Source: an uncultured Gemmatimonadales bacterium
Lineage (GTDB): Bacteria > Gemmatimonadota > Gemmatimonadetes > Longimicrobiales > Longimicrobiaceae
DNA: 64,000 bases
Direction of reading: 5' to 3'
NCBI GenBank assembly: GCA_963716255.1
Contig: OY970303.1
Span: forward strand, 6,336,001 to 6,400,000
The notes under the pieces were generated by a model that worked only from the letters and a program-made list of their open reading frames with translations, ran no database searches and had not been told where the DNA came from. Positions 34,794 through 46,523 of this stretch are shown here, one piece after another. Every line of letters begins with the position of its first letter. Position 1 is the stretch's first letter. Position numbers and translations under genes: made by a program.

Positions 34794-36695
34794 GTGGAGC
34801 AGACGGGACACCAGGCGGGCCACCCGGCCCCCACCGGCCGTTACCTGTACGTCCTCGCCCTGGCGGCGCTGGGCGTCGTGTACGGCGACATCGGCACCAG
34901 CCCGCTGTACGCCATGCGGGAGGCGTTCCGCGAGGACACGGGGATCGCGGCCACGCCGGCCAACGTGCTGGGGATCCTGTCGCTGATCTTCTGGGCGCTG
35001 ATCCTGGTCATCTCCATCAAGTACCTTTGGTTCGTCATGCAGGCGGACAACCGGGGCGAGGGGGGGATGATCGCGCTCACGGCGCTGGTCGCGCCGCTGC
35101 GCACCTCCGCGAAGGGGCGCAGCGGGGCTCTGGTGCTGATCGGGCTGTTCGGCGCGGCGCTGCTGTACGGCGACAGCATGATCACGCCGGCCATCTCGGT
35201 GCTCAGCGCGGTGGAGGGGCTGGAGGTGGCGACGCCGCTCTTCCGTCCCTACATCCTCCCCATCACCATCTCCATCCTGGTCGGCATCTTCGCCGTGCAG
35301 AGCCGGGGGACGGCGGGGATCGGCAAGGTGTTCGGGCCCGTGACGCTGCTCTGGTTCCTGACGCTGGGCGCGCTGGGGCTCGCGGAGATCCTGCGCCACC
35401 CCGGGGTGCTGCGGGCGGTGAGCCCGCTGTACGGGGCGGAGTTCTTCGCGCGCAACGGCTCGGCGGGGTTCTTCGTCCTGGGCTCGGTGTTCCTGGTGGT
35501 GACGGGCGGGGAGGCGCTGTACGCGGACATGGGCCACTTCGGCAGGCGCCCCATCCGCATGACCTGGTTCGGGGTGGTGCTCCCCATGCTCCTGCTGAAC
35601 TACTTCGGGCAGGGGGCGCTGATCATCAACGAGCCGGGGGCGGTGGAGCACCCCTTCTTCCTGCTGGCGCCGGACTGGGCGCTGTACCCGCTGGTGGGGC
35701 TGGCGACCTTCGCGACGGTGATCGCCTCGCAGGCGGTGATCTCGGGCGCCTTCTCGCTGACGCGGCAGGCGGTCCAGCTGGGATACCTGCCGCGGCTCAC
35801 CATCGAGCACACGTCGGAGCGCCAGATCGGGCAGATCTACGTGCCGTCGGTGAACTGGGCGCTGATGGTGGCGTGCATCGGGCTGGTTCTCGGCTTCGGC
35901 GAATCCAGCAAGCTGGCGGCGGCGTACGGGGTGGCGGTGACCACGGACATGGTGTTCACGACCATCCTCTTCTCGGCGGTGGCGCGCTCCAAGTGGGGGT
36001 GGAGCTGGCTGCGTGTGGGGGCGCTGGCGGCGTTCTTTCTGGTGGTGGACCTCGCCTTCTGGGGCGCGAACATCGTCAAAATCCCCCACGGCGGCTGGTT
36101 CCCGCTGGTGATCGCCGGGATCATCTTCACGCTGATGACGACCTGGAAGAAGGGGCGGCAGATCCTGGCGGCGCGCCTGCACGCGACGACGCTGCCCTTC
36201 GATTTCTTCATGAAGGACGTGGAGATGAACCCGCCCACGCGGGTGCCGGGGACGTCGGTGTTCATGTACGGCAACTCGGACGGGACGCCGCCGGCGCTCC
36301 TCCACAACCTGATCCACAACAAGGTGCTGCACGAGCGGGTGGTGCTGCTGACGGTGGAGACGGCGGAGATCCCGGTGGTGGCCGCGGAGGACCGTACGGA
36401 GGTGATCGCGCTGGGGACGGGCTTCTTCCGGGTGATCCTGCGCTACGGCTTCACGGAGGACCCGGACATCCCGGCGGTGCTCTACTCCCTCGGCGACGCG
36501 GGGCTGGTGCTGAAGCCCATGGAGACCAGCTACTTCCTGGGCCGCGAGACGCTGATCCCCTCCAAGAACCCGGGGATGGCGATCTGGCGGGAGCACATCT
36601 TCTGGATCATGTCGCGCAACGCCCGTAGCGCCACCTCGTACTTCGGGCTTCCCCCCAACCGGGTCGTGGAGCTGGGCGCGCAGATCGAGCTGTAG
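34794..36695 (+). CDS. kup: Potassium uptake protein Kup (copy 2)
   Basis: Same Kup motifs; tandem paralogue. Confidence 0.95.
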   Translation: MEQTGHQAGHPAPTGRYLYVLALAALGVVYGDIGTSPLYAMREAFREDTGIAATPANVLGILSLIFWALILVISIKYLWFVMQADNRGEGGMIALTALVAPLRTSAKGRSGALVLIGLFGAALLYGDSMITPAISVLSAVEGLEVATPLFRPYILPITISILVGIFAVQSRGTAGIGKVFGPVTLLWFLTLGALGLAEILRHPGVLRAVSPLYGAEFFARNGSAGFFVLGSVFLVVTGGEALYADMGHFGRRPIRMTWFGVVLPMLLLNYFGQGALIINEPGAVEHPFFLLAPDWALYPLVGLATFATVIASQAVISGAFSLTRQAVQLGYLPRLTIEHTSERQIGQIYVPSVNWALMVACIGLVLGFGESSKLAAAYGVAVTTDMVFTTILFSAVARSKWGWSWLRVGALAAFFLVVDLAFWGANIVKIPHGGWFPLVIAGIIFTLMTTWKKGRQILAARLHATTLPFDFFMKDVEMNPPTRVPGTSVFMYGNSDGTPPALLHNLIHNKVLHERVVLLTVETAEIPVVAAEDRTEVIALGTGFFRVILRYGFTEDPDIPAVLYSLGDAGLVLKPMETSYFLGRETLIPSKNPGMAIWREHIFWIMSRNARSATSYFGLPPNRVVELGAQIEL

Positions 36696-36804
36696 CGCCC
36701 GCCCGGCCCGTCCGCCGCCCGCCGAGGGATCCCTCGGCGGGGGAGCGCGGTATCAGCTTGCGTCCGCACGCGCCGGTTCCACCTTCACGCCGGGGTCCAC
36801 TCCG

Positions 36805-37634
36805 CTGTTCCAGCACCTCAACGGCCGCCGCACGCGCGATTCGCGGCGGCGGGCCCTCCGCAGCCTGGCCCTCTCGGCCCTGGTGCACGCCGCCATCCTG
36901 GCGCTGGCGATCCTCGCCGGGCGCAAGGCGGGCTACGCGCTGCTGGACGACGGGACGCTCACGGGTGTGTCGGACGGGCCGGCGGGGGGCGGCGGGGGCG
37001 GCGGCGGCGGGGGGGAGAGCAGGTGACGTACCTGGACATCGCGCCGCCGGCGCCCACGGCCGCGCCGGAGCTGACGCTCACCGTGCCGGAGGTGGCCCCG
37101 CCGGTGGAGCCGGAGCCCGAGCCGGAGCCGGAGACCCCGCCTCCCCCCACGCCGGCGCCGCCCGCTCCCGCGCCTCCCACCGCGGCTCCCGCGGCCGGGT
37201 CGCAGCCGAACCCGGGCGCTGCGTCGGCGGGGCAGGGCGGGGGGACGGGGGCGGGCACGGGGGCCGGGCAGGGCGAGGGGGTGGGGCCGGGGACGGGGCC
37301 CGGGTCGGGCGGAGGCAGCGGCGGGGGGACGGGGGGCGGGATCGGGTCGGGGGTGGGGCCGGGGACGGGGGCGGGACGGATGGTGGCGCCGGTGCCGGAG
37401 TTCGTGCTGATCCCGCCCAGCAACCCGCCGCGCGGGGTGCGCGGGGACTCGCTGGTGGTGCGGCTGAACATCGACGTGGCGGGCAAGGTGAGGGACGTGC
37501 AGTTCCGCTCCACGGGCGACCGCGGGTACGACCAGAAGCTGCGGCGCACGGCGATGGAGTGGCGGTTCCGGCCGGCGCGCGATCCGTCCAGCAAGCCGAT
37601 CGCGGTGGCGTACGACGTGACGCTGCAGTTCTGA
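36805..37634 (+). CDS. TonB-family energy transducer-like protein (apparent frameshift at about 37009-37015; start uncertain)
   Basis: N-terminal TM helix with SALVH, Pro/Glu- and Gly-rich linkers, C-terminal WRFRPA domain; the two halves are offset by one G in a G7 run. Confidence 0.65.
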
Positions 37635-37841
37635 CGGTGCTTCCGTGACGGCAGAACGCCTCCCGCTGCGGCCAGTGGGAGGCGTTTCTCGTCTTCGTGG
37701 CCTGGGGTTTCGTGCTCGGGGTCGTCGGCGGGGCCCTCCCTACGAAATTCGACAACCCGAAGGGACTCGCTTGCGAGCACTCGCTGTCGCTCGGACAGCT
37801 CGAATTTCTACGGGAGGACCCCACCTCCTCCCTGCGGGCGC

Positions 37842-38933
37842 CTATGCGTCCGCCATGACGCGCCGGGCGGCTGTCTCCGCGATCCTGTCCAGGTCGCCGT
37901 AGACGCCGTCCATGTCGTTTACCGGGAAGCCGACCCATTCCGGGCCGGAGCCGGGGGTGCGGACGTGCAGGGTCTGGGCTTCGCGGTCGGAGCGGAAGGT
38001 GAGGTCCGGGTCGGCGCCGCGGGCGCGGATCCTGGTGCGGACGAGCTCTTCCAGCTCGGCCCAGCGGGCGTCCAGGCGGGGGGCGAAGAAGCGGCCCCAA
38101 TGGGGGCGGCGGCCGTCGGCGTCCTGGAAGCCGTACTCGTCGGAGAGCGTCCACGAGGCGTAGGTGCCGCCGGCCTTCTTCCACACCTGCGGGTCGGCGG
38201 CGAGCGCGGCTACGGCGCGGCCCACGTAGAGCGGGGTCTCGGACTCGGCGAAGTAGGGCTCGCTCGCGACGGCGTCGCGCCAGTTCTCCTCGGCGACGCC
38301 GAAGCCGTCGAGCATGGCCTCGGAGCGGAGGAAGCCGGGGGTGACGGCGAGCGCGGTGACGCCGTGCGGCCGCAGCTCGTACGCCATTGCCGTGGCGAGG
38401 CGCATGGCGGAGGTCTTCGCCAGGTCGTAGAAGAACATCCCGCGGTAGCGGAGGGAGTCGCCGTCGGTGACCTCCACCACCAGCCCGCTCCCGTGCTCCA
38501 CCATCAGCGGGACGCCGTGGCGCGCGGTGATGGCGTGCGACCACACGGCGCGCTCCTGCATGAGGAGCCCCCTGGGCACGTCGCTCTCCCAGAACGGCTT
38601 TTCCCACTCGATCAGCTCGTCGCCGCCCCACACGTCGTTGACCAGCACGTCCAGCCGGCCCTGCTCGGCGCGGACGCGCTCGAAGAGCGCGCGCACCTCG
38701 TCCTCCACCGTGTGGTCGGTGCGAACGGCGATCCCCACGCCGCCCGCCGCGGTCACCAGCTCGGCGGTCTCCTCGATGGTCTCCGGCCGGGTGCCGGTGG
38801 CGGGCCGCCCTCGCACGCTCCGCCCGGTGCAGTAGACGGTCGCGCCGGCTTCACCCAGCGCGCGCGCGATGCCGCGCCCCGCTCCGCGCGTGGCCCCCGC
38901 GACCACTGCGATCCTGTCCTGTAGCGGCTTCAC
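37842..38933 (-). CDS. Short-chain dehydrogenase/reductase
   Basis: VAGATRGAGRGIA, LVNDVWGG and YDLAK motifs. Confidence 0.9.
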   Translation of the reverse strand: MKPLQDRIAVVAGATRGAGRGIARALGEAGATVYCTGRSVRGRPATGTRPETIEETAELVTAAGGVGIAVRTDHTVEDEVRALFERVRAEQGRLDVLVNDVWGGDELIEWEKPFWESDVPRGLLMQERAVWSHAITARHGVPLMVEHGSGLVVEVTDGDSLRYRGMFFYDLAKTSAMRLATAMAYELRPHGVTALAVTPGFLRSEAMLDGFGVAEENWRDAVASEPYFAESETPLYVGRAVAALAADPQVWKKAGGTYASWTLSDEYGFQDADGRRPHWGRFFAPRLDARWAELEELVRTRIRARGADPDLTFRSDREAQTLHVRTPGSGPEWVGFPVNDMDGVYGDLDRIAETAARRVMADA

Positions 38934-38959
38934 CAGATACCCTCCGCGTGATGGGTGAT

Positions 38960-39005
38960 GCTAAACGATGGTTTAATTACTTGATTCTAAATTTCAATTC
39001 AGTTA
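38960..39005. promoter_or_regulatory. AT-rich divergent promoter/operator region with palindrome TAAAC-GATG-GTTTA
   Basis: Inverted repeat at 38962-38975 between divergent SDR and TetR genes. Confidence 0.5.
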
Positions 39006-39015
39006 TGGTCAAGCC

Positions 39016-39618
39016 ATGTCTCCCCGACCCCGCACCGCCTCCGACGCGGAGATCGTCGCCGCGCTGTCCCGCGTGATCTCGCGCGTGGGGCTCGCCCACG
39101 CGACGCTGGCCGCCGTCGCCGCGGAGGTGGGACTGACCGCGGGCGCGCTGGTGCAGCGCTTCGGGTCCAAGCGCGGGCTGCTGCTGGCGCTCTCGCGCGG
39201 AGCCGTCGCGGGAGTGGGCGAACAGGTGGCGGCCGCGCGCCGGGAGAATGCGTCGCCGCTGGCGGCGCTGCTCGACTACGCCGGCTCCACGACGCGGTTC
39301 GCCCACACGCCGGAGGAGTTCGCCAACCACCTGGCGTTCTTTCAGCTCGATCTGACGGACCCTGAGTTCCATGCCGCCGCGCTGGATTTCTTTCGCGTGG
39401 AGCACGAGGCGCTGCAGGCGCTGCTGGAGGATGCCGTCGCCGCGGACGAGCTGCGGCGGGGAGTGAACACGGTGCGTCTCGCGCGGGCCGTGCAGGAGGC
39501 GATCAACGGCGCGCGGGTGGTGTGGGCGGTGATGCGGGACGGGACGATGGAGGAGCGGACGCGTGGGGCGGTGGAGGTGCTGCTGGGCAGTGTGGGGGGT
39601 GGGCGATCGGGAAGGTAG
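39016..39618 (+). CDS. TetR-family transcriptional regulator
   Basis: N-terminal HTH TLAAVAAEVGLTAGALVQRFGSKRGLL. Confidence 0.9.
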   Translation: MSPRPRTASDAEIVAALSRVISRVGLAHATLAAVAAEVGLTAGALVQRFGSKRGLLLALSRGAVAGVGEQVAAARRENASPLAALLDYAGSTTRFAHTPEEFANHLAFFQLDLTDPEFHAAALDFFRVEHEALQALLEDAVAADELRRGVNTVRLARAVQEAINGARVVWAVMRDGTMEERTRGAVEVLLGSVGGGRSGR

Positions 39619-39664
39619 CGCGGGTCGGATAGCAGGAGGGGCAGCGGCCTGAACAGAAGCGCGC

Positions 39665-39961
39665 CTACCGCAACCCGTCGGTTGGGAACTGCCGCGCCGA
39701 GTGGATTACTGCGACTACTTCCAGCAGCTCAGCCCGGACACGGTAGACAATCCTGTATGGAGGTTCGATCACTTCTCGAAGCGTGCTCTGGCCAACCTCC
39801 GGAACGATGCGTCCAGAGAGTGGATGGGTGCCGAGGCGATCGACAGCCGCGACGAGCCGTTCGGCTACGATCCGGGCATAACGCGGCGAGTCGCGGGCGA
39901 TGTAGGACCGGATCTCCTGCACGTGTTCCAGAGCGGGCCGCGTCCAGACGAGTTGTGTCAC
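39665..39961 (-). CDS. RelE/ParE-family toxin
   Basis: 98 aa: LVWT..A, P.SGRIVPE, YRIVYR and VIHSAR; overlaps the upstream small gene. Confidence 0.88.
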   Translation of the reverse strand: MTQLVWTRPALEHVQEIRSYIARDSPRYARIVAERLVAAVDRLGTHPLSGRIVPEVGQSTLREVIEPPYRIVYRVRAELLEVVAVIHSARQFPTDGLR

Positions 39962-40170
39962 TCCCCCCCGCCAGGTGAGGCAGCATTCGGGTCGTCTAGG
40001 AGTATACGCCGCGCCTCCTCGTGCGGCACTACGTCGCCCCGGTCGGCAGCCTCCAGGCCACGAGCGACTTTGGAGAGGAAGTACAGCCGATCCATGGCGT
40101 CTTCCACCGTCGCGTCTTCAGGGAGCCGCTCCACTGCTTCGCGGAGCAGCTGCTTGGCGGTTACGGACAT
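39958..40170 (-). CDS. Putative antitoxin
   Basis: 70 aa, LPEDATVEDAM..LY...RGLEAADRGDVVPHEEA; GGAGG RBS; GTGA overlap with the toxin. Confidence 0.8.
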   Translation of the reverse strand: MSVTAKQLLREAVERLPEDATVEDAMDRLYFLSKVARGLEAADRGDVVPHEEARRILLDDPNAASPGGGE

Positions 40171-40231
40171 AAAGCCTCCGTGCCTAGAGGAAACAAAGCT
40201 CTGAGTCTAATTCGAACCCTTCCGTGTGTAC

Positions 40232-40373
40232 AGGTATGACCCGCAGATCAGGCCCGCGCGGCAACGGCGCAAGTGTTGACTCCGCGCGAGGAGTGCCCCT
40301 GCTCCTCAAGCCTGCGCCGGACAGATGCCCGGCCCACTGTCGCCTGCAGCACTCTCGTGAGGCAGCAATTTAG
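40232..40373 (-). other. Degenerate attC-like site 1
   Basis: Minus strand GCCTCAC-GAGAGT-GCTGCAGGCGAC ... CAACACTTGCGCC ... GCCTGATCT-GCGG-GTCATAC, directly after the stop codon of the orphan gene. Confidence 0.4.
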
Positions 40374-41101
40374 GCAGCCATGCCTCTATCTGCGAAGAAA
40401 GATACAGTGTCCAGCGCCTGGAAGAGCCGAAGGCAATCAGCGCGGCCTGCTGAGCCTGAGTCACGCCCGTGTAGCACCCAGTTCCGATTGAGGCGAGAAG
40501 GTGGTGCCTTGGCGAAGTGATGGTTCTGGAATAGCTCCAATGTGAACGCCTCCACCGAGATCCACAGAAGCCGGGACATGCCTTCGTCAACTTCTTTACG
40601 TGCGGTGCTGGAGTGACGCTTGGTATCCGTGCTTCCGAGTTGCCCTGCGAGCGCTGCCAAAAGCCCTTCAAAAATGGTCAGCAGTACCGGCGCCGTCACA
40701 AGGTACTGACCCCTGCGGTACACGCTGATGGTCTGCGAGAGAATTGGCTGCCATGGAGAGAGGGATGGCCGCGATCGGAGCGCACGAAACATCCTCCGCT
40801 CTCGAGCGCGAAACCGGGCTTTGTACTCACGAAGAAAGTACTCGTCGATATCCTCGGGTGTGGTACTACGAACGATTACCTGGGGGGCGATTGTGGCTGC
40901 CCATACTGGGGCTGTCCAACCGCGGCGGCCGAGTTCCTGCGCGTCTGGGTAGAGATGCCGATGGGCCTGATTCCATTGATCAATCGCTTCTGCGATTTGT
41001 GTGGCGGCCTTCGACACCTCGCTCTGCTCAGCCTGATGTGCTGCTTCCAAAATCGAAGCAAACAACTCGGCTGAGTTTGGAAGATCTCGATTGTGTCCCA
41101 T
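40370..41101 (-). CDS. Hypothetical protein, lower GC (start uncertain)
   Basis: Open frame of about 243 aa with atypical codon usage and a C-terminal LNRNWVLHG motif. Confidence 0.65.
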   Translation of the reverse strand: MGHNRDLPNSAELFASILEAAHQAEQSEVSKAATQIAEAIDQWNQAHRHLYPDAQELGRRGWTAPVWAATIAPQVIVRSTTPEDIDEYFLREYKARFRARERRMFRALRSRPSLSPWQPILSQTISVYRRGQYLVTAPVLLTIFEGLLAALAGQLGSTDTKRHSSTARKEVDEGMSRLLWISVEAFTLELFQNHHFAKAPPSRLNRNWVLHGRDSGSAGRADCLRLFQALDTVSFFADRGMAA

Positions 41102-41124
41102 GGAACGTACTTGACAGTGAGCGC

Positions 41125-41248
41125 TACCAAACACTCTCAAGGGCAGGCGCAAGGGACAAGAGGCGCAAGTGTTGGCTGCGTGATAAGCGCCCATCCACTG
41201 ATGCGACTATGGCGAGCGACCTCGTTGCCTGCAGCGCGTTGGTTTAAT
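41125..41248 (-). other. Degenerate attC-like site 2
   Basis: Minus strand TTAAAC-CAACGC-GCTGCAGGCAAC ... CAACACTTGCGCC ... GCCTGCCCT-TGAGAGT-GTTTGGT, upstream of the orphan gene. Confidence 0.4.
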
Positions 41249-41342
41249 CGTGTGGACCAGGCGGACAACACGCCTTGAGAACGAACCCCGCGGCGCGTTA
41301 TGTTACCCGACTTGGTCCGACCCACACCGAAGAGACGCCCTG

Positions 41343-43981
<2,639 letters not shown>

Positions 43982-43985
<4 letters not shown>

Positions 43986-44317
43986 GCCCGGCGGAGGGGT
44001 GGATCCGGGAGCTCCTGGCGGAGGCGCCCCCGGCGCTCCTGGACGCCATGGCGGCGGCGCTCCCGCCCGACGCGCCGTCGGTGCCGGACGCGCTGGCGGG
44101 CGGGGCCGCCATGCTCCTGGACCGGGTGGCGCGGGGGAGCGGCGGACGCGAGGACGCCCTGCCGCTGCTGGCCGCGGACGCGCTGCTGACGCACGCCTTC
44201 CAGGCGCAGGCGGAGGCGGACCCCGCCGGGGTCGCCGCTCTCGCCGCGCGCTGGGGGGGCGCGGGGCATCTGGGGGAGCTCGCCGCCCGCCTCCTCGCCC
44301 ACGCTCCCCGCCCGTGA
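43982..44317 (+). CDS. Hypothetical protein
   Basis: GTGA overlap with alaS; host-like codon usage. Confidence 0.65.
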
Positions 44318-44366
44318 CCCGCGGCCGGGGCTCGCTTCGCCGGACTCACCTTCCACGCTCCCTCCC

Positions 44367-44924
44367 GTGACGCCGACCTCACGCCTCTGCCTGGGGGCGC
44401 TCGCCTCCGCGCTCGCCTTCGCCGGGTGCTCCGAGAAAGCCGCCGGCAGCTTCACCGCCACCCTGGAAGGCCCGCTGGAGGGCAAGTTCCTGGGGACGGC
44501 GTCCTTCTGCCGCCGCCCGGAACGGGGCGACTTCCTGCTGGTGCTGGAGGCCGATTCGGACTCGGCGGGGTTCGTGCTGGGGCGCGACACGGCGGCGATC
44601 CCGGCGCCCGGCCCGTACGCCGTGGTGGACCCCGGCGACACGCTCGCGGCGGGACGCTTCTGGATGCGGGCGGAACTGGAAAAGCTGGAGGCGACGGGGC
44701 CCTACTCGTTCACCGTGGGGGAGGGCCAGGTGCGCCTGGTCTCGGCGGACTCGGCGTGGATCCGCGGGCGCTTCAAAGTGGAGCTGGTGGCGCGCGACAC
44801 GGCCTTCGCCATCGACACGCTGAGGCGCACGGTGCGCCGCCTCCCCACCCAGTGGCAGACGGTGCAGGGCAACTTCACGGCGGCGCGCGCGGAGCCCTGC
44901 TCCGGGCGCGCGGCGCTCCAGTAG
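44367..44924 (+). CDS. Hypothetical lipoprotein
   Basis: Lipobox FAGC after a hydrophobic stretch. Confidence 0.65.
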   Translation: MTPTSRLCLGALASALAFAGCSEKAAGSFTATLEGPLEGKFLGTASFCRRPERGDFLLVLEADSDSAGFVLGRDTAAIPAPGPYAVVDPGDTLAAGRFWMRAELEKLEATGPYSFTVGEGQVRLVSADSAWIRGRFKVELVARDTAFAIDTLRRTVRRLPTQWQTVQGNFTAARAEPCSGRAALQ

Positions 44925-44934
44925 GCGGACGACG

Positions 44935-45360
44935 ATGATCCCACCGGGACTTTCCACGGAGCTGCTGGGGGCGCTGCAGTCCGCCCGCCGCGCCGAAAAG
45001 GAGCAGGCGCTCTTCTACCGCGCCCTGGCGGCGGAGGCGGAGGAGCGCGGCGACGCGGCGCTCAGCGAGCGCTTCAACGAGCTGCACGCGGACGAGCAGC
45101 ACCACGTGTCGCGGCTCACGGCGCGGCTGCTGGAGCTGGGCGCGTCCCCGGACGACGTGTCGTCGCTGCGGGCCTCGGACGCGGCGGTGATTGAGGGGTG
45201 GGAGCTCCAGGCGCGCGCCTGGGAGACGGAGGAGGTGCGCCGCTACGAGGCGCTGCTGGAGCTGGGCGCGGACGCGGAAACGGAGGCGCTGCTGCGCGAG
45301 ATCCTGGACACGGAACGGCACCACGCCGAGGAGCTGGGGGGAAAATGGACGCTGGCGTGA
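44935..45360 (+). CDS. Ferritin-like (rubrerythrin-type) domain protein
   Basis: Two E..H motifs (DEQHH, TERHH) with AE..Q..FY and E....Y spacing. Confidence 0.75.
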   Translation: MIPPGLSTELLGALQSARRAEKEQALFYRALAAEAEERGDAALSERFNELHADEQHHVSRLTARLLELGASPDDVSSLRASDAAVIEGWELQARAWETEEVRRYEALLELGADAETEALLREILDTERHHAEELGGKWTLA

Positions 45361-46112
45361 TGCTGGGGCTGCGGGGGAAACGGGCGCTGGTCTCGGGCGG
45401 CTCGCGCGGGGTGGGGCGCGCGGCGGCGCTCCTGCTGGCCCGCGCGGGGGCGGACGTGGGGATCGGCTACCTGAGCCGCGAGGCGGAGGCGGAGGCGGTG
45501 GCGGCGGAGATGCGCGCCCTGGGGGTGCGCGCCTTCGCGCAGGCCGGGAACCTGGCGACGCCCTGGGGCGCGGAACTGCTCTTCGAGCGCGGGCTGGTGG
45601 AGTTCGGCGGGGTGGACGTGTTCGTGGGAAACGCGGGCGTCTGGGTGCCGGAGGACGTGCGGGTGGCGGTGATGACGGACGCGCAGTGGGCGCGCACGCT
45701 GGAGGTGAACCTCACCTCCATCTTCAACACCGTGCGCCTGGCGGCGCGCTTCGTCTCGGATGGGGGCCGCATCGTGCTGGTGTCCTCCACCGCCGGCCAA
45801 CGCGGCGAAGCGTTCCACTCGGACTACGCGGCCAGCAAGGGCGCGATCATCTCCTTCACCAAGAGCGTGGCCGTGGAGCTGGCGCCGCGCGGCATCACGG
45901 TGAACTGCGTGGCGCCCGGCTGGATCGACACGGAGATGGTGGAGCGCCCTGTGGCCGAGCGCCGCGCCGAGATCGAGCGCGCCATCCCCCTGGGCCGCAT
46001 CGCCAGCGCCGACGACGTGGCGGGCCCGATCGTGCTGCTCTGCTCGGCGCTGGCGCGGCACGTGACCGGCGAGATCCTGAACGTGAACGGCGGCAGCGTG
46101 CTCTGCGGGTGA
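45360..46112 (+). CDS. SDR oxidoreductase (FabG-like)
   Basis: SGGSRGVG, NAG, YAASK, NCVAPGWIDT and VTGEILNVNGG motifs. Confidence 0.92.
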   Translation: MLGLRGKRALVSGGSRGVGRAAALLLARAGADVGIGYLSREAEAEAVAAEMRALGVRAFAQAGNLATPWGAELLFERGLVEFGGVDVFVGNAGVWVPEDVRVAVMTDAQWARTLEVNLTSIFNTVRLAARFVSDGGRIVLVSSTAGQRGEAFHSDYAASKGAIISFTKSVAVELAPRGITVNCVAPGWIDTEMVERPVAERRAEIERAIPLGRIASADDVAGPIVLLCSALARHVTGEILNVNGGSVLCG

Positions 46113-46354
46113 ACTGAAGTGCGACAGTGCGAAGTACGCTGAACGGCGACGGCGACCCCCTCCCCCGGCCCCTCGCCGCAAGGGGGAGGGGAGAACGACG
46201 ACGGCAGCCCTCACCCCCCGGCCCCCTCTCCCACAAGGGGAGAGGGGGAGGACGATGAAGCCGAGGGTCGGGAAGCCCTCCCCCAGAATTGGGGGAGGGT
46301 GGCGAGCCTAAGCGAGCCGGGTGGGGGCCCCAGCGGACGCCAGCGCGATGCCCC

Positions 46355-46480
46355 GCGTGAGGGATTTCGGCCCGAAGGGGCGAGACCCGCGCAGTCTGCG
46401 GGGCTCGACTCCGTTGCAGACGGTCGTTTCGTCTGCTACGGAGCCGAAGCCCGACCCCGGCGCCAGCCGGGGGCACGCCC
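46355..46480 (+). repeat. Repeat family A, copy 4
   Basis: Matches the family A consensus. Confidence 0.92.
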
Positions 46481-46523
46481 AGGTCCGCCGTGTTCCCGTC
46501 CGCAATTCAAAGGAAAAGCCTGA

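Noticed and set aside
37230..37380. GGxG/GPG tandem nucleotide repeats
   Set aside because: Simply encode the Gly-rich linker of the TonB-like protein.
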